From a bacterium (lineage in GTDB: Bacteria; Zhuqueibacterota; Zhuqueibacteria; Residuimicrobiales; Krinioviventaceae), in the NCBI GenBank assembly GCA_963674595.2, contig CAXXFV010000015.1, positions 256,001 to 320,000 of the forward strand: a stretch of DNA of 64,000 bases, in the 5' to 3' direction. Position 1 is the first letter of the stretch. Each line of letters begins with the position of its first letter. Below the pieces are notes generated by a model. It did not search any database. It worked only from the letters and a program-made list of their open reading frames with translations, and was not told the origin of the DNA. Below, in pieces: positions 47,249 through 56,588 of the stretch. Made by a program: the position numbers and the translations under genes.

Positions 47249-47899
47249 ATGGCTGACAAATGTATGAAACGGATATTTATTTTTATATTATTTTCGCTGG
47301 TGTTGAATGAAACTGCTTTTGCTGAAAACCGTGATTCGACCCTGGCTGTTATGAAAAGAAATATTCATTTTATTACCAATGCGGCGGAACAGTTTCATAT
47401 CAATCCAATATATTTGTCAGCCATTATTTATACGGAACGGCACCAAAATTATTCCTGGCAGGACCGAGTGTTCGATATTGATCTTTATAAAAAATTGGGG
47501 AAAAACAGCTCTATCGGATTTTGCCAGATTAAAATTAAAACAGCTTATTTTATCGACTATTGCTACAATACGGATAATTATTTGTATTTCCCGGGGAAAC
47601 AATACGAAAAGATGTTGGTACAAAGTGATAATCCGGATGACTTGATTACACGGCTTGTTGATGATTCTACAAATATTTGCTATGCCGCCGCCTATTTACG
47701 TGTAATTGCCGGCCGATGGGAATCTGCCGGATTTCCAATTGATGACAGACCGGATATTCTGGGGACTTTATATTCAACCGGCCTGTTTTACAAAGACGGG
47801 TCGGAGCGGAAACCACATGCCGTACCGTGTGCAAATGCTTTTGGTAAAGATGTGGATTCGATAACTGACTTTATAAAGAATGAGTTGTTTGATCAATAG
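47249..47899 (+). CDS. Exported lysozyme/transglycosylase-like protein
   Basis: Signal peptide MKRIFIFILF...AFA; AA.QF.INP..L.AIIYTE, SIGFCQIK and NI.YAAAYL. True start is 47249 or 47264. Confidence 0.6.
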   Translation: MADKCMKRIFIFILFSLVLNETAFAENRDSTLAVMKRNIHFITNAAEQFHINPIYLSAIIYTERHQNYSWQDRVFDIDLYKKLGKNSSIGFCQIKIKTAYFIDYCYNTDNYLYFPGKQYEKMLVQSDNPDDLITRLVDDSTNICYAAAYLRVIAGRWESAGFPIDDRPDILGTLYSTGLFYKDGSERKPHAVPCANAFGKDVDSITDFIKNELFDQ

Positions 47900-47916
47900 T
47901 TTTTTATTTATTAAAT

Positions 47917-48444
47917 CTATGTACCAGTAGAGCCTTTTAACACCATTGGTAATCCACACACCATCATAATGACATTATCAGCCAGACACGCAATGTCCTG
48001 GTTAAGCCGTCCTGCTGCATCCCGAAATTGACGTGATAGCTTATGTTCTGGGACAATACCGTTACCAACCTCGTTGGTTACAATTAAGACATCACACCTG
48101 ATATTTTCCAGCTTTTTAAAAAAGTTGTTTATGGTATTAATGCGATGCTCTTTATCTTTATATTGAAAAAAAAGATTTCCAAGCCATACAGTGATGCAAT
48201 CAACAATTATCACATCAACTTTATCCTCAAGTTTTTCAAGAGCCTTGTCTAAATATAAAGGCTCTTCAACAGTGATGTAACCTTTGCGTTCGTTGCGATG
48301 GTTGGCAATCCGAACTTTCATTTCATCATCCATTGCAATGGCCGTTGCAATAAAGCCACGTTTTGCATAGTTTAAAGTATGTTCCAATACATAGCGGCTT
48401 TTTCCGCTGCGGGCGCCGCCGGTTACAAGTGAAATGTTTCCCAT
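47917..48444 (-). CDS. cobU: Adenosylcobinamide kinase / cobinamide-phosphate guanylyltransferase
   Basis: TGGARSGKS, RI..H...R, DCIT.WL.N, VTNEVG.GIVP and FRD..GRLNQ. Confidence 0.95.
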   Translation of the reverse strand: MGNISLVTGGARSGKSRYVLEHTLNYAKRGFIATAIAMDDEMKVRIANHRNERKGYITVEEPLYLDKALEKLEDKVDVIIVDCITVWLGNLFFQYKDKEHRINTINNFFKKLENIRCDVLIVTNEVGNGIVPEHKLSRQFRDAAGRLNQDIACLADNVIMMVCGLPMVLKGSTGT

Positions 48445-48483
48445 TTTGGTAAATACCTTTAAAGCTGGGTTATGGAATATTTT

Positions 48484-49488
48484 TTATTGTTTCTGCATAA
48501 TACGCTTTTCTAAAGAGCCGTTTAAAAGCAGCCAAATGAAAAAGGGCCCTCCAAGAAGAGCCGTTAGTACACCGACAGGGATTTCAGTCGGTGCGATAAT
48601 AGTACGTGCCAAAGTATCACAAAAAACCAAAAATGCACCACCAAACAAAAAGCTGGCCGGAGCAAGAAACCGATGATCTGCTCCGATGATTAATCGACAC
48701 ATGTGTGGGGCCATCATTCCGATAAAACCAATTGGACCACAAACCGAAACAACAGCACCAATTAAAAGAGATGTTGCAAAAAACAGGGTCCTTTTAACGT
48801 GAATGACATTAACGCCACGGCTGATAGCAATATCATCTCCCAGTAGAAAAATATTTAGTTCTTTTATAAAAAATGTGATCACAAAACCACCGATCAGCAA
48901 AAATGGCATCAGCGTTAAAACCGGTCGAAATCCAACAGTTTCAAATCCACCCATCAGCCAACGGATTATGCGAAAGGAACCGGTAAAATCGGAAAGGTAT
49001 TGTATAAAAAGAATGATACTGGAAAAGAAAAAATTCATGGCTACGCCGGTAATGAGCATATTTGCTGTTGAAAAACCTTGCCGAAGCCTGGAAAGGCCAT
49101 AAACCAGAAGGATGGATGTTAATGCACCTAAAAAAGCGCCTACAGATTGACCGACAATACCAAATATTGAAAAAATGGTCCCGATTTTAATAGTCATAGC
49201 GGCACCAAACGCGGCCCCGCTTGATACGCCAAGGGTAAATGGTGTTGCCAATGGATTTCTGAACATGGCCTGAAAAATCATCCCGCAAACACTTAGAGAT
49301 GCGCCGGCTAAAAAAGCAATAATAACGCGAGGTATCCTTATTTGCCAAAAAATATGTGTCTTGATTTGATTATTATTCTGAAAAAGTTCAACTGGTGAAA
49401 TGTGCTGCATACCTAAAAAGGGAGCTATACAAAGGACAATAAGCGAAAACGTTATTATCCACAAGAATGCTTTGCCTCTGTTTTTCAT
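48484..49488 (-). CDS. btuC: Corrinoid ABC transporter permease (FecCD/BtuC family)
   Basis: RIPR, Q.MFRNPLA.P..LGVSSGA and GPIGFIG...PH; under a cobalamin riboswitch. Confidence 0.85.
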   Translation of the reverse strand: MKNRGKAFLWIITFSLIVLCIAPFLGMQHISPVELFQNNNQIKTHIFWQIRIPRVIIAFLAGASLSVCGMIFQAMFRNPLATPFTLGVSSGAAFGAAMTIKIGTIFSIFGIVGQSVGAFLGALTSILLVYGLSRLRQGFSTANMLITGVAMNFFFSSIILFIQYLSDFTGSFRIIRWLMGGFETVGFRPVLTLMPFLLIGGFVITFFIKELNIFLLGDDIAISRGVNVIHVKRTLFFATSLLIGAVVSVCGPIGFIGMMAPHMCRLIIGADHRFLAPASFLFGGAFLVFCDTLARTIIAPTEIPVGVLTALLGGPFFIWLLLNGSLEKRIMQKQ

Positions 49489-49491
49489 ATT

Positions 49492-50277
49492 TTACAAAAC
49501 CTCCGGAGCAATAATACGTTGTCCGGATATCGGATGATCTACAAATGTAAATGGTTTTTCAAAAGCCGGTTCCAGTGTTTTGTTTTGCATCATGTCTTTC
49601 GGAGGACCATTAAATTTTAGATTCCCTGCTTTTAAAATAATAATTCGGTCACTGTGCAGAGCTGCACTGTTGATGTCATGTGTGATGGAAATAATAGTAA
49701 TGCCCATTTTTTTGTTCAGGGTATTTAAAATGTTATGAATATCATTGGTATGTTTTGGGTCCAAAAAACTTGTTGGTTCATCTAATAAAATAACGTTGGC
49801 TCCCTGTGCTAATGCTGCTGCGATAAAAACAATTTGTCGTTCACCCCCGCTTAGTGTATCCAGCGGTCGGTCGGCAAAATTGTTCATTTGCGTTAATGTT
49901 AAAGCCTGTTCTACGGCCTGTTTGTCTTTGGTTTTTAAAGTGCTGAATGGACTGAGATATGGATAACGCCCCATCATAACGAGTTGTTCAACCGTATATG
50001 GAAACAAATGTTCATTACCCTGCGGGACATAACTTAAATATTGTGCTATTTTTTTATGAGTCATGTTTTTGACGGAATGACCCATTAAAAAAATCTCCCC
50101 TTTATAATGGGTATAAATTTGCAGCAGGCATTTTAATAAACTTGTTTTTCCCGCCCCGTTCGGCCCGATGATTGAAATGGATTCGCCCTCGTAAATTGAA
50201 AGAGAGATATTTTGCAAAATTGGTTTTTGCGAAATATGCAGCGATAAATCTTTAATTTCAAGAATTGGTCTTTTCAT
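49492..50277 (-). CDS. btuD: Corrinoid ABC transporter ATPase
   Basis: GPNGAGKT, LSGGERQ and LLDEPT. Confidence 0.85.
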   Translation of the reverse strand: MKRPILEIKDLSLHISQKPILQNISLSIYEGESISIIGPNGAGKTSLLKCLLQIYTHYKGEIFLMGHSVKNMTHKKIAQYLSYVPQGNEHLFPYTVEQLVMMGRYPYLSPFSTLKTKDKQAVEQALTLTQMNNFADRPLDTLSGGERQIVFIAAALAQGANVILLDEPTSFLDPKHTNDIHNILNTLNKKMGITIISITHDINSAALHSDRIIILKAGNLKFNGPPKDMMQNKTLEPAFEKPFTFVDHPISGQRIIAPEVL

Positions 50278-50289
50278 ATCTGTTTTTAT

Positions 50290-51165
50290 TTATTGAATAA
50301 TTTTTGCAAGGTCTTCCAGTAATTGAATAAAACGCGGTCCTGGAATGAAAACATAATCATTGCTGAGGATATTAAGTTTGTTGTTTTTAACGGCATTCAC
50401 CTGCGGCAGTTTTTGCCAATCGTTTAAAATAGAAGATGCCCCGAGCATATTTTGATCATCTTTTGAGATCAGGTCTATAATAATATCCGGATTAATGGAT
50501 AATATCCCTTCGGCTGAAAGCATTGGATAGGTAATGTCGCTATGACTGTAAGCATTTTCACCGCCGCTGATGTTAACGAGTTCGTCGTAAAAGGTGTTTT
50601 TACCGGCAATATACACTTCTTCCAAAGTCCCTGCACCGGCAGTCCGGCCGATACAGATCATTATTTTGGGTTTGTTGGTTTGAGTTGATTTGCTTTTGAC
50701 AGCTTTAATCCTTTGTTCTATGTTTGTGATCAAAGAATCGGCTTTGTTTTTTACACCACACAGGCAGCCGATTGTTTGAATGCTTTGTATTATATCGTCA
50801 ACTTTTTTGTTGTTAACCGTCAGAAAGTTGATTCCAAGCTCCTGAAGATAATTGCGGACATTTTCGTGTTCCGGCAAAAGAATGACAATATCCGGTTTTA
50901 GGATGGCGATGGCTTCATAATTTGGATCCAGGTAGCCACCGACTTTAGGTTTTGTTTGCGCTTCCGGAGGATAATTACAAAACCGGGTGACACCGGCAAC
51001 TCGGTCACCGAGTCCTAGTGCAAATAGAATTTCTGTCGTACTTGGCGACAGTGATATAATACGTTGGCAGGTTTGGTTTGTTTTGGGGAATTCAGATTTT
51101 TGACAATTACAGCAGAGTAAAATAATTTGTAATAATAGGAAGGGTAAAAAAATTTTTCTATTCAT
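50290..51165 (-). CDS. btuF: Corrinoid ABC transporter substrate-binding lipoprotein
   Basis: RIISLSPS.TEILFALG, GVT.FC.YP and PGPR; first gene after the riboswitch. Confidence 0.87.
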   Translation of the reverse strand: MNRKIFLPFLLLQIILLCCNCQKSEFPKTNQTCQRIISLSPSTTEILFALGLGDRVAGVTRFCNYPPEAQTKPKVGGYLDPNYEAIAILKPDIVILLPEHENVRNYLQELGINFLTVNNKKVDDIIQSIQTIGCLCGVKNKADSLITNIEQRIKAVKSKSTQTNKPKIMICIGRTAGAGTLEEVYIAGKNTFYDELVNISGGENAYSHSDITYPMLSAEGILSINPDIIIDLISKDDQNMLGASSILNDWQKLPQVNAVKNNKLNILSNDYVFIPGPRFIQLLEDLAKIIQ

Positions 51166-51172
51166 AAACTTT

Positions 51173-51191
51173 AACCTCGCCCGCGAAGGTT
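51173..51191 (-). promoter_or_regulatory. SD-sequestering hairpin (riboswitch expression platform)
   Basis: mRNA AACCUUCG-cggg-CGAGGUU pairs over the GAGG RBS just before the btuF AUG. Confidence 0.65.
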
Positions 51192-51202
51192 TATATTGTT
51201 AA

Positions 51203-51391
51203 ATTCAATGGCCGGTCTCCTGGCTAGGGTCTGGACGAATACGCCTTCCCATTCCGATTTTTCGGAACAGTGGCTTTTGTATTGTCGTTTGTATCAATCG
51301 AAATGATACACGAACCCATCACAGTTGCGGGGCAGCTCCCGGTTCTAACGGGATTCCCGATTCTTTCCTTTTTTAAGGAACACCACTGAAT
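51203..51391 (-). ncRNA. Cobalamin (AdoCbl) riboswitch
   Basis: Minus strand has GGT...CGGGAA, GCCCCGCAACTGT, GCCACTG, GGGAAGGC and B12 box AGCCAGGAGACCGGCC; P1 is ATTCAGTGG/CCATTGAAT. Confidence 0.96.
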
Positions 51392-51442
51392 GGTTTAAAA
51401 AAATGAATATATGAAAATGAAATGGGATTAGCAAGGAGCTTT

Positions 51443-52159
51443 TCACGTTTCTTTATTTAATAAAATATCACAATACCAAACCCCCGTCTTTTTATCAGAA
51501 TTTCCATCATTCTGAGTGGTATAGGTTTTATGTATTTTTTCTCCTGTTTTTATTTCAATCGGGTATTGGAATATTGGCCCGTCAAAACAAAAAGTATGAA
51601 ACTCACCGTTTTCCCCACAGGGGTCTACATGCTTTGGCAACGCGTTGATAAGAGATTTGTCTATTATTTGTCCAACGAAATCGCTATTTACATGAGAGTC
51701 CATAGCACTTACGATGATCGTTTTAAAACCAAGTTCCAGAAATTTGTAAACAAGCTCACGCGTTTCACGTCCCCATAATGGGAAAACAGGTGTGATGTTG
51801 AAAGGCTGTAATTGTTTTTCCCGATAATTACGAAGATCCTGCAAAAAAATATCGCCGAAACCACAGTGGGTAAAGTTTTCTTCTTTTAATGTCTGAATGA
51901 CCTCGGACAATTTTTGTTCATATAGTTCCATATCGGTATTCTCTGGTAATTCTATAGTCATTGCCGGAATGCCGATGGATTTGACCTGTGCGTTGTAGAC
52001 TTTCCGATGCACACCATGCATGGAAATTCGATTATAATGACTGTTCATGGAGGTGAGTAGTTTCTCAATCGAATACTGTTTATTCTGCATGAGATAATAG
52101 AGGGCAAGGGCAGAGTCTTTACCGCTGCTCCAGTTAAAATAGAGTTTGTGCGAATTCAT
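51443..52159 (-). CDS. Diphthine-ammonia ligase-like PP-loop ATPase (DUF71/MJ0570 family)
   Basis: WSSGKDSALAL, FGDIFL, FPLW and DPCGENGEFHTF. Confidence 0.9.
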   Translation of the reverse strand: MNSHKLYFNWSSGKDSALALYYLMQNKQYSIEKLLTSMNSHYNRISMHGVHRKVYNAQVKSIGIPAMTIELPENTDMELYEQKLSEVIQTLKEENFTHCGFGDIFLQDLRNYREKQLQPFNITPVFPLWGRETRELVYKFLELGFKTIIVSAMDSHVNSDFVGQIIDKSLINALPKHVDPCGENGEFHTFCFDGPIFQYPIEIKTGEKIHKTYTTQNDGNSDKKTGVWYCDILLNKET

Positions 52160-52293
52160 ATTTAGTGATTATTCTCTCTTTTGTGTTTGGTTAATATGAA
52201 TCTCGTTATTTTTTTTAAAATAGAGTTTTTGCATAATCTCTAATTTATAAATTTTTTTTAAAATTTCTACTTTATAAAATAAACAATATGAGT

Positions 52294-53115
52294 TTAATGA
52301 TTCCTGTAAAAATATTTTTGACATAGGTATTGAACCAAATTTGAGTCGTCTTTTACAGCCTTAAATTTATCCGGGTTTATGTTTATTGAATCGGTTTTGA
52401 TCATATAATCATTGGCAAAAATGAAATTTTTCATTGTTTCATATTCAATGTTGTTATGATAAAGATAAACTTTATTTCGACGATTTTTGGGACTCATCTC
52501 TATTTTAAACGGGAGTTGATTGCCCAGAACAGTAAATGTAAAATTTTGACTGGGTGATACCTGTTTACGATTTAACCATCCCTTTTTTGTCATGGTTTTT
52601 AATAAATTCCTCAAATCCTGAAAAGATATTTTTAAGGATGCATCACATTCGGCATAAATATCCGGTCCTGTTGCATCACCTTTTTCCCAAAGTATGGATA
52701 ACACGCCAAATTCTTCGCGGGTGGGCAGCTCATACTTTTTTGCCGGGAAAGGTTTTGGTTGTTTATGGTCTTCCTTAGACTTTATGTTTGGAAGGGAAAA
52801 AATTTTAGACCGGAAGGTTTTGGCTTCAATATCAAATTCTTTTTTAATAATGGGTTGGCTTATAAGGTCTTTGTTTATTTCTTTTAGTAAATTATTTTGT
52901 GAGGATTTATTGACTGAAAAATTTAGAGTATTGTTTATGGGAAAGAACGGACTATACAAAAGCTCATTGTTGAATAATTTGTTGTGATATAGCGTCGTAT
53001 CATTTTTGAACTGTATATAATTTTGCACGGCAATCGTTGTGTCGGGAACTTGACTTGAGAGTATGGATGAAAAAATAATGAGGATCAATAGTATAATGAT
53101 GATTTTGTTCATCAT
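52294..53115 (-). CDS. Hypothetical protein with signal/anchor peptide and BlaI/MecI-like winged-helix segment
   Basis: MMNKIIIILLILIIFSSILSSQ N-terminus; LPTREEFGVLSILWEKGDATGPDIY...LL..M.KKGWLNR. Confidence 0.6.
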   Translation of the reverse strand: MMNKIIIILLILIIFSSILSSQVPDTTIAVQNYIQFKNDTTLYHNKLFNNELLYSPFFPINNTLNFSVNKSSQNNLLKEINKDLISQPIIKKEFDIEAKTFRSKIFSLPNIKSKEDHKQPKPFPAKKYELPTREEFGVLSILWEKGDATGPDIYAECDASLKISFQDLRNLLKTMTKKGWLNRKQVSPSQNFTFTVLGNQLPFKIEMSPKNRRNKVYLYHNNIEYETMKNFIFANDYMIKTDSININPDKFKAVKDDSNLVQYLCQKYFYRNH

Positions 53116-53177
53116 ATTGAGTCATCTCCTAGGTTTCGGTCTATGTAAATACAAGTATATTTAAAACATTTTCTGTT

Positions 53178-54533
53178 CTATTCAGATAAAATATCTTTCA
53201 TCATCAGGTCCAGTCTCATGTTTTGGAAATCAAAAGTCACAGTATAATTTTTTAAAATGTCTTTACCAATAACGCCTTGAGTTATAATGTTGTTATTTTT
53301 CCATTCCGGTAAAAGCTCCAGCTTAAAATTTTCTATGTTATATTTATCAACAACCAGTTTTTTCGGAATAATGTCGTTTTTGAGTTTAATTTTTATTCCA
53401 ACATGATCTCTGATTTTTCTTCGTGATTTTGTATAGTTAAAATTGGTGCTGTCCAGAAATGCCATTGAGTTTTGGACAATAGCGCTGAATTCCGTACCAC
53501 TATCCAGGAGGAAATTTAAATCTGATAATTCATTTATATTTACCTGAATATAAGGAACATTTTGAGCAGAAATCGTCATATTGGGCGTTAAACTATTAGT
53601 CCTTTTATTTTGTGGTAAACTAAACGTTATCTTTTTATCCGGATAATTGACAACGGTTTTAAATTTTTTCATTAATGGTATTCCAATGCCGCCTTCAATT
53701 TTGTACAATGTAATTCCTAATATTTTCAAACTGCTGTGTTTTTCATCCAAAATAGCTGCCGGGACATTGTAAATCTTAAAATCCCCCAGAGTCAGTGAAT
53801 CAATAAATGCATATTGTGCTTTAATTGCTTTGTATTCAGCGTATTGGGTTTTGCCATCATTGTTTGAGGAAAATGATTGAAATGGAGTGATGCCGCATTT
53901 TTTTGCCAATTTGGATGATAATACTACCATATTACATCCGGTATCCAGTATAAAATCATCGGAAGAAATACCATTGACACGGACCTCAAGTTTTGGAAAG
54001 GGTTCCAAATCAACAAGGTCGATTGTTGTTGAGTTTGTTTGGGATTGTATTTGAAAAGGTTTTCGGTCCTCAAAACTTTTTAAAAAATCACCAAATATTT
54101 GATTAGAGTGATTTTTATTACCCGCTTTAAAATATGCCGCCGCAGAAGGATAGTCGTTCATGTTATAATGGACAAGTCCCAACCTGCTCCTCAAGTTTAA
54201 TATATCGGTTGTGTCACCCTGAGCTTCTGCCGCTTGTAACGCTTTTGTGAAATAATAACTTGCGCTATCGAGCTGATTTCTTCGTTCAAATATTTCGCCT
54301 TTTAAAACAGGGAATTCTTTTAATTCATTATTTTTGATTTCTGCTTGATAAATCAAATTTAGCGCATAATCCAGGCGATTATATTTGAGTGCTGTATTGA
54401 TCGAGTCTAAAAGAGATGTGCCGCCAAGTTTTTCATCAATAGATGTTGTAAATGATTTTTCCCTGATTTCCCGGCATAAAAATGGCTGTTGTTTTGAGGC
54501 GCAGGCCATTAAAAAAAGAATGAGGAACATCAA
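53178..54533 (-). CDS. TPR + tandem retropepsin-like aspartyl protease, probable lipoprotein (start region uncertain)
   Basis: FILDTG...GGIG and FLLDSG...GVIGKD.L....VTFD repeats; TPR-like helices; LMAC lipobox. Confidence 0.85.
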   Translation of the reverse strand: MMFLILFLMACASKQQPFLCREIREKSFTTSIDEKLGGTSLLDSINTALKYNRLDYALNLIYQAEIKNNELKEFPVLKGEIFERRNQLDSASYYFTKALQAAEAQGDTTDILNLRSRLGLVHYNMNDYPSAAAYFKAGNKNHSNQIFGDFLKSFEDRKPFQIQSQTNSTTIDLVDLEPFPKLEVRVNGISSDDFILDTGCNMVVLSSKLAKKCGITPFQSFSSNNDGKTQYAEYKAIKAQYAFIDSLTLGDFKIYNVPAAILDEKHSSLKILGITLYKIEGGIGIPLMKKFKTVVNYPDKKITFSLPQNKRTNSLTPNMTISAQNVPYIQVNINELSDLNFLLDSGTEFSAIVQNSMAFLDSTNFNYTKSRRKIRDHVGIKIKLKNDIIPKKLVVDKYNIENFKLELLPEWKNNNIITQGVIGKDILKNYTVTFDFQNMRLDLMMKDILSE

Positions 54534-54800
54534 ACCTGTGTTTTTTTCAATTTTATCCCTTTCAATGGTGATTAATATTGGTTTGTTTAAATACTTTTTG
54601 TGACCATTGACGGGTCACGAGTGTTATATATAAAACATTCAAAAATGTTTACAAACCCAAATCAAACACGAGAAAAATAGAGAAAAAATATTTAACAGGT
54701 TTTGAAGAAAAATTATTAAAATAGCCGTTTTGAATGACTTAATTGTTATACTGTACAAGTCATACAGAGTTCCAGAAGGAGATTTTATAAAAAATAACTC

Positions 54801-54829
54801 TTGCGCTGCGGAGGTTTATTTTGTATAAT
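54801..54829 (+). promoter_or_regulatory. Sigma-70 promoter
   Basis: TTGCGC - 17 bp - TATAAT. Confidence 0.6.
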
Positions 54830-55031
54830 TTTACAGGAGCTATGCATTATTTTTTTTGGAACGGTTGGTCGTCGGCGATTCCGATAAAATATTCTATTGC
54901 AAAATATGGGATTCATTGCAGCACACGAGGAAGTGGTTGCGTTTATATAAAAGCCACATTCAAGTTTTCTCTTTTCCAAAACTATTGGACTGGGTGAGGT
55001 GCGTCTTGGCAGATTACAAAAGGAGAATATA

Positions 55032-56543
55032 TTGTCTTTAAATCTAATTATTGTCATTTCAATAGTACCTGTTATTCTATGTCTGTTTTTTGTCATTTTT
55101 ATTTTGCGTCAATCACGTAAAAATAAAATTAAGCACCCAAAGCTTATCATTGCTGCTCTGGTTTTTTTAACAATTGTGATTGTTTCATATCCTTCTTACC
55201 TGCTGATTAAAAACTTTTCTTTGATACGCATAATGGCCGAAAAAAACGCCCAAATGCAAAAAGAGATAGAGATTTTTAATGGTCTGCAAGATCAGGTTTT
55301 TAAAAGTAAAGAAATAAATTTGAACAAGGTTGAAAATCTTTTAAATGATTATGAATCCATTAAAGAACCCAAACTTTTAGATACATGGCTGCATGATTCT
55401 TTTGCCCAAAGTTTTATGCCCGGGGTAACAGTGAAAGATTCGGTTCAGGTCCTTAAAATGCTTGATATTTTTGGAAAAAACAAAACATCCGGAATTTATA
55501 AAAAATCACAGGCCCTTTGTATCTGGGTTAAAATGCAGCTTTACAAAGACCACCCTGAATATCTTTTAAACCTTGAACCGCAGCTCGTACCATCCAGGGA
55601 AGCCTTGTCCGAACGTTATAGGCTTTTTCTTTATAAAAAACTATCCGGTGAAAATTTATTCTTTGATGGTGGTGAACATATTTTGGACCATGTTATTGTT
55701 AATTCCCTGTCAATTTTAAATACAATAAATCCCGATACAAGGTTACAAAACACCTTAAGGGCCAGACATCGTTATTATATTGCCCATGCTTATTATTTAA
55801 AATCCCTTCATTCTAAAAAACGCCATGATTTGGAAGAGGAAAAATATTATTTGAAAAAGGCCAGTGAGTTTGGTCCGGATGAGGCTGATGAAATGTCAAG
55901 TTTTCAATATGATATTCATTTTTTACAGGGAGAAAAGGATTACTCTTTTATTTATATCGATTATTTATTGTCCAATAAAATGCAAGATGAAGCATTGGAG
56001 GAGATGGCACGGACATCTGTTTTCAATTACAAATATTTTGAAAGATTAAGGGACTTGTTTGACCAATTGCATCCGCAGAAAAGTTTTAGTCAGTACTGGA
56101 ATGAAAATCTGGAATCGGTCCTTTCAAAGGCTCCGAATTTTAAATTGTGTGATTTTAAAAGAGATTCGGTTTCTCTTGCCCACTATAAAGGTAAATGGTT
56201 GCTGGTTGACTTTTGGGGGACCTGGTGTTCGCCCTGTTTACAGGAACTGCCTGCAATACAAAAGTTTTATGAGCAAATGGTGCAAAAATATCCTGAAAAA
56301 GTTGATGTGTTGACGATTGTCTGCAAAGATAAACCTAAAAGTGTGCGCAAATTTTTAAAACAGAATAATTACACGTTCCCTATCGTCATTTCCGATAATT
56401 TGATCGACGAATTATACAAGGTACACGGTTACCCTTCAAAATTTCTAATCACTCCAACAGGGCGTTCTATGTTTTTGCCCTTGCACAGTAATTGGGAACG
56501 TCTTGTCACGTTTCATATATTACAATCGTTGACAGATAGTTAA
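55032..56543 (+). CDS. Membrane-anchored TlpA/redoxin family thiol-disulfide oxidoreductase
   Basis: Two N-terminal TM helices; APNF.L, KGK.LLVDFWGTWCSPC..ELP and V.GYP. TTG at 55032 follows AGGAGA. Confidence 0.88.
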   Translation: MSLNLIIVISIVPVILCLFFVIFILRQSRKNKIKHPKLIIAALVFLTIVIVSYPSYLLIKNFSLIRIMAEKNAQMQKEIEIFNGLQDQVFKSKEINLNKVENLLNDYESIKEPKLLDTWLHDSFAQSFMPGVTVKDSVQVLKMLDIFGKNKTSGIYKKSQALCIWVKMQLYKDHPEYLLNLEPQLVPSREALSERYRLFLYKKLSGENLFFDGGEHILDHVIVNSLSILNTINPDTRLQNTLRARHRYYIAHAYYLKSLHSKKRHDLEEEKYYLKKASEFGPDEADEMSSFQYDIHFLQGEKDYSFIYIDYLLSNKMQDEALEEMARTSVFNYKYFERLRDLFDQLHPQKSFSQYWNENLESVLSKAPNFKLCDFKRDSVSLAHYKGKWLLVDFWGTWCSPCLQELPAIQKFYEQMVQKYPEKVDVLTIVCKDKPKSVRKFLKQNNYTFPIVISDNLIDELYKVHGYPSKFLITPTGRSMFLPLHSNWERLVTFHILQSLTDS

Positions 56544-56588
56544 ATTATTATGGTTCTGAAAATTTTAATTTTAAATCGAGAGGGCACG

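Noticed and set aside
47236-47256. Sec read-through or frameshift fusing the ZU5 protein to the next ORF
   Set aside because: A second in-frame TGA follows after five codons, no SECIS-like hairpin is evident, and the downstream ORF has its own signal peptide.
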